Assembly (NCBI RefSeq): GCF_000021865.1
Contig: NC_014035.1
Location: 30,001-62,000 of the forward strand
Direction of reading: 5' to 3'
Source: Rhodobacter capsulatus SB 1003
GTDB taxonomy: Bacteria; Pseudomonadota; Alphaproteobacteria; Rhodobacterales; Rhodobacteraceae
DNA length: 32,000 bases
Shown: positions 8,576 to 16,800 of the stretch, piece after piece
Layout: each line of letters begins with the position of its first letter
Position numbering within the stretch: the first letter of the stretch is position 1
Program-made: the position numbers and the translations under genes
The notes under the pieces: generated by a model
Database searches by the model: none
Seen by the model: the letters and a program-made list of their open reading frames with translations, nothing else
What the model was told of the DNA's origin: nothing

Positions 8576-8896
8576 TCGCGGGAAAATCGGCGATCTCAAG
8601 CCCGAGAATGGCGCCTTTTGAGCCCGAAAAGGCCCTCAAAACAGGGGTTCGGAGAAATTGGTTCTGAAAACCGCCGGAACGGGGCAGAGCGCCTACGATT
8701 TGAAACCAAAATCTGAGTTTTCACACAGCCTCGGCCGGTCGCTTCCTGTCTGAGCGCTGCGGTGCAGCTTCACGAGACCGGCCATTCGTCCATCGTGCAG
8801 CATTTCGGAAGGTGAAGGTTGGCTGCGCGGGCGAAGCTGCCGTTGCCGGCTCATGAAACGCAGCCTATTGGTATCCTTGGTTTACGCGAGGATTTC

Positions 8897-9835
8897 ATGC
8901 GCCTGCTTACCCTACTTCTGCTATCTCTTCCTGCATTGGCAATGGCCGAACCGGTTCACATTCCCGGACCGCAGGGTCAGCTTGAGGCGGAAATGGTCGC
9001 CGTCGATAGGGCTGGTCATGTGATCATCATCATTCCTGGGTCGGGTCCGACGGACCGGGACGGAAATTCGCCGCAGATGGGCCTCTCGACTGACACCTAC
9101 AAGTTACTGGCCGAGGCATTTGCCGAACAAGGCATCGCCTCATTGCGTATCGACAAGAGGGGGTTTTATGGCAGCGCCGGGGCTATTTCCGATCCCAACA
9201 ATGTCACTATTCGTGCGTATGCCGAAGATGTGCGCGATTGGGCAGCATACGCCTCAAGTGTCGCACCTTGTGTATGGCTTGCCGGGCATTCCGAAGGTGG
9301 ACTGGTGGCCCTTGTGGCCGCCCAAGACGCGCCGGAAAATCTCTGCGGCTTGATCCTTCTGGCAACGCCGGGGCGCCCGATAGGGCAGCTCATGGTCGAA
9401 CAGTTCAAGGCCAATCCGGCAAACGCTCCTTTGATGCCTGAGATCGGCGCCATCGTAGCTGATCTTGAAGCGGGCGAGGCCCGCGATCCAGATTCCATGT
9501 CCGCGGTGCTGCGTCCGCTATTCTCTTCGGGACTTCAGCGCTACATGATCGACCTCTTCTCTTATGACCCCGTAGAGATTGCCAAAGAATGGAACGGCCC
9601 CGTGCTGATCGTCCAAGGAAGCGAAGACACGCAAGTCCGACCTCGCGATGCCGATCTTCTGGCCAGTGCGCTGCGTCAGTCCCAACGGATCAATCTTGTC
9701 CGGGGAACGCATATGCTGAAGACAGCGGTCGCCGGGAAACCCTTTGCCACATATACTGACCCATCTCTCCCTCTCTATGAAAATCTCGTGCCCGGCATCG
9801 CCAGCTTTATGGACGAATCTGCGCGTCCCGACTGA
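8897..9835 (+). CDS. Secreted alpha/beta-fold serine hydrolase
   Basis: The start was moved from the track's TTG (8819) to ATG 8897, which has a GAGGA SD 5 nt upstream. This gives the signal peptide MRLLTLLLLSLPALAMA. A nucleophile elbow GHSEGG and a C-terminal His region (RGTHML) are present. GC content and codon usage are lower than in the neighbouring genes. Confidence 0.8.
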   Translation: MRLLTLLLLSLPALAMAEPVHIPGPQGQLEAEMVAVDRAGHVIIIIPGSGPTDRDGNSPQMGLSTDTYKLLAEAFAEQGIASLRIDKRGFYGSAGAISDPNNVTIRAYAEDVRDWAAYASSVAPCVWLAGHSEGGLVALVAAQDAPENLCGLILLATPGRPIGQLMVEQFKANPANAPLMPEIGAIVADLEAGEARDPDSMSAVLRPLFSSGLQRYMIDLFSYDPVEIAKEWNGPVLIVQGSEDTQVRPRDADLLASALRQSQRINLVRGTHMLKTAVAGKPFATYTDPSLPLYENLVPGIASFMDESARPD

Positions 9836-10037
9836 CAACTTGGGGCTCGGAGCTGACCTCTGTCTCGCCGCAGCATGCCCCGAATCGCGGACATCTCGCG
9901 ACGTCGAGATCGGCCCTAAGCCGCCGGTCGAGGCCATGTCTTCGCCGCAACGCAGCTGGCTCGAAGCGGACGGTCAACATTCGATACAGCAAAATCTTGA
10001 GCGAACGTCGCTGAGGCGATCTGGATACGGAACAGGC

Positions 10038-10631
10038 TCAGGGGGCCAGCTTCAGGCAAGGGGCATCCGGCGCGAAGAACCGGGTCGCATCATGGCTGGT
10101 CTCGATCAGGGCAAATCCCGTTTCCGCCCGGCTTCGCTCCAGAAAATCCCTGCTGCGCGCGAGGCTCTCGGGGTCGAGCCCCGAGACAGCCTCGTCCAGG
10201 ATCACAAGATCCGGCCGGATCGCCAAGGCGCGCAGCAAGGCCACCCGTTGCGCTTGCCCCTTCGACAAGAGCGGCGCAGGCAGCGCGGCACAGGCGCCAA
10301 GACCCAGCTGATCCAGCGCCTCTTGCAGCCAGACCGTCTGCGGCCGGGGCAGCGGCAGGGCGACGTTGCCCCGCGCCGAAAGGCCGGGGATCAACCTTGG
10401 CTCGGCAAAGGCGAAGCCGATGCGAAGCCCGGGCTTGCGGATGACCTCGCCGCGAACCGGGCTGGGCAGACCCGCAAGATGGCGCAACAGAGCCGTCTTG
10501 CCCGCGCCGCTGGCGCCGTTCAGGCGCAGGCTTTCCCCGGGGCCGAGCGTCAGCGCCAGCGGACCGAAAAGCGCGCGCTGATGCCCCGGGGGGCACAGGC
10601 CGAGCGCGGTTGCACGGATCAGCATGGTCAT
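10038..10631 (-). CDS. ABC transporter ATP-binding protein, short (197 aa), NitT/TauT-type operon
   Basis: The start is taken at MTMLIRAT (ATG 10631, an ATGA overlap with the permease stop). It has Walker A GASGAGKT, signature variant LSKGQAQRV, Walker B LVILDEAVSGLD and H-loop TSHD. Confidence 0.85.
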   Translation of the reverse strand: MTMLIRATALGLCPPGHQRALFGPLALTLGPGESLRLNGASGAGKTALLRHLAGLPSPVRGEVIRKPGLRIGFAFAEPRLIPGLSARGNVALPLPRPQTVWLQEALDQLGLGACAALPAPLLSKGQAQRVALLRALAIRPDLVILDEAVSGLDPESLARSRDFLERSRAETGFALIETSHDATRFFAPDAPCLKLAP

Positions 10632-11386
10632 TTGCGCCGCGCCCTGCGGTCCGCCAGGGCCAGCAGCGCCTCTGCTCCGGCGATCATCAGCAGGACCACG
10701 AAGGTCAGGGCAAGAAGCCGGTCCGTCATCAACCATGTCTGCGCCGACTGGATCGCGCGGCCAAGTCCCTGACCGCCGCCCAGAAGCTCGACCAGCAGGG
10801 TGATGCGCAGCCCGTTGGCCACGGCGACACGCAGCGCGGGCATCAGCGCGGTTGCAAGCGCAGGCCACAGGACATGGCGCAACCGCCGCAGGCGGGGGAC
10901 GTGGAACAGCCGTGCCATCTCGTCAAGTTGCGGGTCGATGGCGCCAAGGCCCGCAGTCGTCGCGATCTGGAACACCGGCACAAGCAACGCGGACACGGCC
11001 GCCACCACCATCGTCCCGCCGCCCTCGAGCCAGAGGATCAGCAGAATCGCCAGCACGGCCGCGGGCAGACCCATCAGGACCAGCCGCAAGGGCGCCAGAG
11101 CTGCGCCGATCAGCGGCCAGCGAAAGGACATCCATCCAAGCACGAGACCAAAGAACAGCGCCAACAGCACGCCGGCAAGCGCTGCGGCGAGGCTGGGCGC
11201 AAGGCTCCCGGTCCAGAATGTCCGCTCCCCCAGAAGTGCAATCAGCGCGCGTCCGACCGCCAGCGGCCCGGGCAGGATTGCGGGCAGTGTCTGCCGTGCG
11301 ATCACCTCCCAAAGCAGCAGGAGCAGCCCTGCTCCGGCCAGACCGGCCCCAAGACGCGCCGCCTTGGCGGGAGGAGACGGGCTCAC
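10628..11386 (-). CDS. ABC transporter permease (BPD_transp_1, NitT/TauT/ThiX-like)
   Basis: GTG start at 11386 overlapping the binding-protein stop (GTGA). The product VSPSPPAKAARLGAGLAGAGLLLLLWEVIARQ... has about 6 TM segments and an EAA-like loop (DEMARLFHVPRLRRLRHVLWPALATALMPAL). The long N-terminal extension of track ORF 10628..12001 is rejected. Confidence 0.8.
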   Translation of the reverse strand: MSPSPPAKAARLGAGLAGAGLLLLLWEVIARQTLPAILPGPLAVGRALIALLGERTFWTGSLAPSLAAALAGVLLALFFGLVLGWMSFRWPLIGAALAPLRLVLMGLPAAVLAILLILWLEGGGTMVVAAVSALLVPVFQIATTAGLGAIDPQLDEMARLFHVPRLRRLRHVLWPALATALMPALRVAVANGLRITLLVELLGGGQGLGRAIQSAQTWLMTDRLLALTFVVLLMIAGAEALLALADRRARRK

Positions 11387-12312
11387 TTTCGGATCCCGGA
11401 GGCATAGAACTCCGGTCCCGGCAGCGTGCCGCCGATTGCCTGCGGGGCGAGGTCGAAGATCTCGCCGTAAAAGGCCCTCAGGGGGGCAGCATCGGCGGGC
11501 ATGACCAGAAGGCTGGCGGTGATGCCCGCAAAGGCCGATGCCCCGGGCCCGGTCGAGAGTTCCGGAAAAAAGCCCGCCAGAAGAGCATGTGCCTGCCCCG
11601 GAGTGGCCGCGAGGTCCGAATGAGCCGTTTCCAATGCCGTGACGATCTTTCCGCGCGCAGGCAAATCGGGGCTTGCAAGCAGTGCGCCGCCGGGCGGGCA
11701 GGCCGTCGCGCCGGTGGCTTTTTGCCAGAGCGGACACAGATCGGAACGCCGCCGCAATGTCGGGTCCGCCGCGAGCGCCGCACTGGCCATCGGTTCGGCC
11801 AGAAGCGCGAGATCCGCCTTGCCGGCCAGCAGCATCTGCATCGAAGCCGGATAGGCGCCGGTGTAAAGCGGTTGCCAGGCCGTTGTGCCAAGAATTCGGC
11901 GCAGCATCAGATCGGGCAGATTGCCCTCGAAGGGCACGGTGATCTTCAGACCGCTCAGCGCTTCCGGCCCATCCAGATCGGAGCCGCGCCCGATCAGCCA
12001 CAGATTGCCCCCGGTCACGCTGGCCGCAAGAAGATCGCCTTTCATCCCGCGCGCCTGCAACAGGGGCGCCATGAGCACCGGCGCCATCGCCACCACCGGC
12101 CGCCCGGAAGCGAGCTCCTTGCGCAGCGTTTCAGGATTGGTCCAGGGCCGGAAGGTGAAGGTGATCCCGTCGGCTGCCAGCGGTTGTTGCGCGGCAAGCG
12201 CGATCAGCGGGGCCGAGTCCCAGATCGGCGGGCCGGTCAGGATCACTTCCTCGGCTCGCAGGGGGGCGGGCAGGCCAAGAAGCAGCGCGGCGAACAGAGG
12301 GAGCAAGTTCAT
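11383..12312 (-). CDS. Periplasmic substrate-binding protein, NMT1/ThiY/SsuA-like (NitT/TauT family)
   Basis: 309 aa with signal peptide MNLLPLFAALLLGLPAPLRA and a PBP type-2 pattern. It has 4-nt overlaps with both neighbours. Confidence 0.75.
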   Translation of the reverse strand: MNLLPLFAALLLGLPAPLRAEEVILTGPPIWDSAPLIALAAQQPLAADGITFTFRPWTNPETLRKELASGRPVVAMAPVLMAPLLQARGMKGDLLAASVTGGNLWLIGRGSDLDGPEALSGLKITVPFEGNLPDLMLRRILGTTAWQPLYTGAYPASMQMLLAGKADLALLAEPMASAALAADPTLRRRSDLCPLWQKATGATACPPGGALLASPDLPARGKIVTALETAHSDLAATPGQAHALLAGFFPELSTGPGASAFAGITASLLVMPADAAPLRAFYGEIFDLAPQAIGGTLPGPEFYASGIRK

Positions 12313-13352
12313 CTGGGGGGCGCCTTGGGGTCAGAAGGGGAAAGGGATTTGCGGCCCATGTCGACGCGGAACCGGCCGAAGGGCGTTCCGATCCATTTCG
12401 AACTGACGGCAAGGCCTGCCTGTGCCATCGCATCGGCGATCTCGCCATCGTCAAAGGAAACGTCGCGCTGCCACAGCGCGGGCATCAGACGGCCGATCAC
12501 ATGTTCCTCGGGGGCGCAGCGTCCCTCGGTCAGCGTGGCATGCAGCGAGACGAACACCCCCCGAGGCGACAGCCGCTCGGCGATCCGCCCAATCAAGGCG
12601 CTGATCCCCCGATCATGGAAATAGAGCGTCATCGAGGCGAAGATCATGTCGAAGGCCCCTTCGGGCAGCGGATCGTTGTAGCTGCCCGGATGCACCCGCA
12701 CCGACAGTTCCGCCAGTTCTGCCGCGATGCGCTCGGCGACCGGCGGCAGGTCCAGAAGGGTGATCCGCAGATCGTGTCGCAGGGCAGACAAGGCGCGGGC
12801 AAGCGTTCCCGAGCCGGGGCCGATCTCGAGCAAGCTTTGCGCGCTTTCCCATTCCGGCAGACCGGTCAGACACGGAAGCATCACCTCTGCCGCCGCGCCG
12901 CGATGAAACGAGGCAAGGCTTTCATGCGCGCGGTTCCAATAAGCCGCGTCAAACAGCGGCCGCTCCGGAGAGGGCCGCTCCGGCGCCAGAAGCTCGGCGA
13001 TCCGGTCCAGCCCCGCATGCCTGAGCCGCGCCAGCGCCTGCAGGCTGGGGATCAGGCTGGTCGGGCTTCGCGCCGACAGCAGCGGCAACAGATCGGGCGG
13101 CGTCTGGAACGTTTCGCCCGCCCGGTCCAGAAATCCGCAAGCCACAAGGGCGCGCAGGACCAGCGTCAGTCGATCCGGATCCAGACCCTGCGCCAGCGCC
13201 AGATCGGACGCCCCGACTGGCGCCGCGCAAAGATCGAAGAGTCCCGTTTGCATCGCATGGTCGAGCAGGGCAAAGCGGATCGGCCCCTCGATCGTCTCGA
13301 ACAGCACATGCGCCCCCTGATCGCGGCGGGGAGCCGTCTCCGGAGTCACCAT
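12309..13352 (-). CDS. Class I SAM-dependent methyltransferase with N-terminal winged-helix dimerisation domain (O-methyltransferase family-2-like)
   Basis: 347 aa with no signal peptide. The N-terminal region LLDHAMQTGLFDLCAAPVGASDLALAQGLDPDRLTLVLRALVACGFLDR resembles a dimerisation/wHTH domain. SAM motif I is LLEIGPGSGTLA, followed by ITLLDLP and MIFASMTLYF. The start overlaps the receptor stop (ATGGTGA). Confidence 0.85.
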   Translation of the reverse strand: MVTPETAPRRDQGAHVLFETIEGPIRFALLDHAMQTGLFDLCAAPVGASDLALAQGLDPDRLTLVLRALVACGFLDRAGETFQTPPDLLPLLSARSPTSLIPSLQALARLRHAGLDRIAELLAPERPSPERPLFDAAYWNRAHESLASFHRGAAAEVMLPCLTGLPEWESAQSLLEIGPGSGTLARALSALRHDLRITLLDLPPVAERIAAELAELSVRVHPGSYNDPLPEGAFDMIFASMTLYFHDRGISALIGRIAERLSPRGVFVSLHATLTEGRCAPEEHVIGRLMPALWQRDVSFDDGEIADAMAQAGLAVSSKWIGTPFGRFRVDMGRKSLSPSDPKAPPR

Positions 13353-15439
13353 TGCGTCGTCCAGTTCAGCCCGAAGCTGCGCGGCTGGCCATCCTCGACC
13401 AACGTGCCGTAGAACGAGCGCAGCGACAGCGCGGCATATTCCTCGTCAAAAAGGTTGTGCGCCCAGAGCGTCAGCACTCCGTTACCCAGATCGCGGCTGA
13501 TCGAAGCGTCGACGATCCGGTAGCCATCCTGTTCCAGAGTGTTGGCCGCGTCGAAATAGGACGACCCGTAGCCGTTGACTGCAGCGCGCGCACGCCAGCC
13601 ATCGCCGCCTTCCCAGGTCACACCAAGACCGTAACTCAGGTTTGGAGCCATCGGCAGCTGGTTGCCGGAATAATCCACCGGCCCAGCACCCGTGCGGGTC
13701 ATGAAGGAGGTTGCCCGCGCATGCTGCCATCCGAGCGATCCATCAATCTGCCAGCCATGACCAAGGGGGGCGGACAGCGCCGCCTCCAGCCCATAGCTTT
13801 CGGCCTCGGCGGCGTTCGAGATTTTCTGAACCGCGCCCACCACCGTTTCGGTGATCTGCTTGTCCTTCACCGTGGTGTGAAACCCGGTCAGGCTGAGGCT
13901 CGCGTCATTGAGAAAGATGGTTTTCAGACCGATTTCCGCGTTCCAGCTGTATTCGGGCGCGTAGATCAGGCTCGCGGCATTGCCCGCAAAGGCATAGTTG
14001 TAACCAGCGGGCATGTAGCCGCGCGCATAGGAGGCGTGCAGCGTCGTGCGGTCGGAGATATCCCACGCCAAAGTGGCTTTCGGCAGCGGCGTCGTCGTCG
14101 CATCCGAGGCGGCATAGCTGCCCGCCAGCGAGAAGGTCTGGCTGGCAGAGCTGGCGATATGGTCGATCCGCAGCCCGCCGCCAAGACGGAGCCGGTCAGT
14201 CAGCGCAACCTCGCCAAGGCCGTAAAGTGCGACACCGTTTTGCGTGATGCTGGTCACCCGGCGCGCGCCCATTCCGCGCAGGTCGAAATCCACGTCGGTT
14301 GCCTGATGATAAGCGTGAAGGCCCAAAGACCATTTGAACCGTTCGGCGCCCTCGAGCGAACTCAGCCGGATCTCCTGAGAGATCATGCGGTCCTTCAGAT
14401 CGAAAGCCGTCACGGCGACCCCGGGGATTGGCGGGAGCGGGCTGGAATCGGTATCGAGCAGGAAATCGCGATCAAAGGTGGTGAAGCCGGTGATGGTGGT
14501 CAGATCGAACCCGTCCAGGGTCTGGGCATAGTCCAGCGAAGTGACGCTCGAACGGCGGTTTTCCCGGGATGGATCGCTGTAGCGACTTTCGTAGCGGCCG
14601 GTCGCCTGCGGCCCGTCGATGTAGCGATACTGCTCCTTGCCGAGGGTCTCGTCTTCGCCAAGGAAGCTGACCCGCAGCGTGCCACCGTTTTCGAAAGCCC
14701 AGGCCGCCCCCGCCAAGAGGCTGGTTCGGCCTTCGCGTCCGCCATCGTCATCGCCGCCCGGGCGCGGGTCCGAGATCACCCCGTCCGTTTTCGACCGCTC
14801 CAGGCCGAACAGCAGTGCCGGAGCCCCCTCCTTCGCCGCGCCCCAAAGCACCGAGGCGGTATAGCCCGGCGGCTGCGCCCCGGCATCCGAGCCGGAAACG
14901 CCAAAGCCCAACTTGACCCCGGTGAAATCGCCCGGGCGCAGCGTGTCGTAGATCAGCAGACCGGCTTCGCTATTGCGCCCGAAGGCCGTTCCCTGCGGCC
15001 CTTTCAGCAGTGTCACCTGTTCGGCGGCGAAAAAATGCGGCAGTTGCAGCGTCCCGAGCGGCAGGGCGACGCCATTCACCTGGTAACCGACCGGGTCGCT
15101 CAACGCGTTGTCAAAGGCGGAAAGGCCGCGAACCACCAGACGCTCACCGGAATTCGCGCGCTGAAACAGAACATTGCCCGCCCGTGCCGTCACCGCCTCA
15201 AGATCCGGGGCGTTGCGCTCGGCCAGATCCGCGCCGTCAATCACGGTTGCATCGCTGGCGGAGCGCAGCGCGGTCTCACTCCAATGACTGGGTGAGATCT
15301 CGATGGTGCCAAGGTTGGTCGCCTCCTGCGCGCAAAGGCCGACAGGGGTGGCGCCAAGCGCAAGGGCGGCAACCGAAATCAGGACCCCGCGATGGCGCGG
15401 GCCGGGCAGTGGCGGCAAGAAAAGAGGGGCAGGGCACAT
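13346..15439 (-). CDS. TonB-dependent outer-membrane receptor
   Basis: 697 aa with a signal peptide, plug motifs (VVRGLS..., VNGVALP, TLLKGPQGTAFGRNSEAG), a long beta-barrel and a C-terminal ...FGLNWTTQW*. A GAGGA SD lies upstream. Confidence 0.92.
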   Translation of the reverse strand: MCPAPLFLPPLPGPRHRGVLISVAALALGATPVGLCAQEATNLGTIEISPSHWSETALRSASDATVIDGADLAERNAPDLEAVTARAGNVLFQRANSGERLVVRGLSAFDNALSDPVGYQVNGVALPLGTLQLPHFFAAEQVTLLKGPQGTAFGRNSEAGLLIYDTLRPGDFTGVKLGFGVSGSDAGAQPPGYTASVLWGAAKEGAPALLFGLERSKTDGVISDPRPGGDDDGGREGRTSLLAGAAWAFENGGTLRVSFLGEDETLGKEQYRYIDGPQATGRYESRYSDPSRENRRSSVTSLDYAQTLDGFDLTTITGFTTFDRDFLLDTDSSPLPPIPGVAVTAFDLKDRMISQEIRLSSLEGAERFKWSLGLHAYHQATDVDFDLRGMGARRVTSITQNGVALYGLGEVALTDRLRLGGGLRIDHIASSASQTFSLAGSYAASDATTTPLPKATLAWDISDRTTLHASYARGYMPAGYNYAFAGNAASLIYAPEYSWNAEIGLKTIFLNDASLSLTGFHTTVKDKQITETVVGAVQKISNAAEAESYGLEAALSAPLGHGWQIDGSLGWQHARATSFMTRTGAGPVDYSGNQLPMAPNLSYGLGVTWEGGDGWRARAAVNGYGSSYFDAANTLEQDGYRIVDASISRDLGNGVLTLWAHNLFDEEYAALSLRSFYGTLVEDGQPRSFGLNWTTQW

Positions 15440-15536
15440 GTCACGGTCCTCGCTGCGGATGGGCGCCTGCGGGTTAACACGGGCCTGCCGCCCCGACTTT
15501 CATCCGGGCAAATAAATCTTCCATTCGGCGAAACCA

Positions 15537-16565
15537 TCAGTTGCGCTGGCTGCCATGGCGGCGCCAGCTGCGCGCGGTCATGCCGAAGCGCTTGCGAAAG
15601 GCGGTGCTCAGATGGCTGGGGCTGGAAAAGCCGCAGTCATAAGCGATTTCTGTCAACGAGCGGCCTTGATGGCCGATCAGTTCTGCCGCTCGCTCCAGCC
15701 GGAGTTCTCGCAAGCGCTCGAAGACGGTCGTGCCGGTTTCGCGACGGAAGCAGCGGTTGAGCGTGACATGGCTCAGGCCCAGATCCTGCGCCAGATCGTC
15801 AAGACTGAAGGTCTCGGCCAGCCGGTCGCGCAGCAGCGCCTCTGTGCGCGCCACCAGCAGCATTGCCTCGGGCATGGCCCCCGCACGGCCCTGCTGCGCC
15901 AGTTCCTCGAAGACATTGCCGACGAGGGCGAGGCAATCTCCCTCCTTGCGCAGCAGCGCCGCCGGGGTGTCGGCGCCATCAAAAAAGCGTTCCGGCAGCC
16001 CGCGCGCCGGACGCGACAGCCGAAACCTGCGCACCATCCCCGGGTCGGGCAATTCCTGCGCGATCACCCGGCACAGCCGTTCCGTGACCGCTTCGGCCTC
16101 GATCACGATGACCAGATTGGAACAGCCCTGCCCGGGATGCAACACACGCGTCAGGGCTTCGGAGTTGGTGCGCAGCACCCATCCCTCGCCGTTGCAGATG
16201 TCGTGATCACGCCCCGCGGCGTCCCGGATCGTCATGATCCCCAAGAGGTTGAAGGCGATCAGCAACCGACCGGCGGGCCAAAGGATGACATCCTCTCGTC
16301 CCCGGCCGGGGGCGAATTGGCTCAGCGCGACCGAGATCCCCGGCCCGAGCCGCAGCAGATCGATCCGCGTTGCAGCGCCGACCCCGGGCAGGGTGATCCG
16401 TGTGGTCTCGCCCTCTCCCGGAAGCGAGCGGGCCGGTTCGATCCGGCCGGAAACAGCCGCGCCCGGTCCCCGGCGATGATCCGGACAGGGGGCCGATGCG
16501 GGTTTGGCGACATCCGCAAAATCAGAAACCCGGCTGCGGGCAGCCGATGACAAGCCAGACTCCAT
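15537..16565 (-). CDS. AraC-family transcriptional regulator
   Basis: 342 aa with a C-terminal double HTH (LDDLAQDLGLSHVTLNRCFRRETG...LTEIAYDCGFSSPSHLSTAFRKRFGMTARSWRR). A strong GGAGG SD lies 4 nt before ATG 16565. Confidence 0.9.
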   Translation of the reverse strand: MESGLSSAARSRVSDFADVAKPASAPCPDHRRGPGAAVSGRIEPARSLPGEGETTRITLPGVGAATRIDLLRLGPGISVALSQFAPGRGREDVILWPAGRLLIAFNLLGIMTIRDAAGRDHDICNGEGWVLRTNSEALTRVLHPGQGCSNLVIVIEAEAVTERLCRVIAQELPDPGMVRRFRLSRPARGLPERFFDGADTPAALLRKEGDCLALVGNVFEELAQQGRAGAMPEAMLLVARTEALLRDRLAETFSLDDLAQDLGLSHVTLNRCFRRETGTTVFERLRELRLERAAELIGHQGRSLTEIAYDCGFSSPSHLSTAFRKRFGMTARSWRRHGSQRN

Positions 16566-16599
16566 AATTCCTCCGATCCGTCACACCCGACGGCTGAGC

Positions 16600-16800
16600 C
16601 AGACTGCAAGGTCGGTCTCCTGACTTGCGGGTCGCTGCCTTCCCGCCCTTCCCATGTCCGGCGTCAGTCCGGGCCACAGTGGATTTTCGGGTCGGCTCGC
16701 CGCTCACAGTCGCGGGGGCGGTCGGATTTGGCTCTTGCCCTCCTGCAAGCCGCAGGCGGGATGGCTGTCCTGTTCCCTGCCATCGGATCTGCGATGGCAC
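16600..16800 (-). promoter_or_regulatory. Cobalamin (B12) riboswitch in the leader of the AraC regulator gene
   Basis: The minus-strand RNA reads ...GGAGGGCAAGAGCCAAAUCCGACCGCCCCCGCGACUGUGAGCGGCGAG...AUCCACUGUGGC...CAUGGGAAGGGCGGGAAGGC...GACCCGCAAGUCAGGAGACCGACC. The B12 box is at 16610..16625. It shares the blocks GCCCCCGCxACUGU, CACUGUGGC, CAUGGGAAGG and GACCCGCxAGUCAGGAGACC with the riboswitch at 2045..2215. I could not identify the P1 pairing by eye. Confidence 0.8.

Noticed and set aside
10852-12624. 590-aa plus-strand ORF, the 457-aa form of ORF 10628..12001 and other overlapping ORFs
   Set aside because: They are antisense to, or read through, the permease and binding-protein genes. 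The coupled GTGA/ATGA starts give normal-sized proteins with a signal peptide and TM pattern.
13352-15295. 647-aa plus-strand ORF
   Set aside because: It is antisense to the TonB-dependent receptor, with an Arg/Gly/Ala/Pro-rich composition.
15440-15536. Possible AraC operator, promoter or terminator between the AraC and receptor genes (CTGCGG direct repeats, AT-rich AAATAAATC patch)
   Set aside because: The repeats are short and GC-rich, so easily due to chance. No clear hairpin terminator or sigma-70 promoter is present. I cannot decide whether araC and the receptor operon are co-transcribed.
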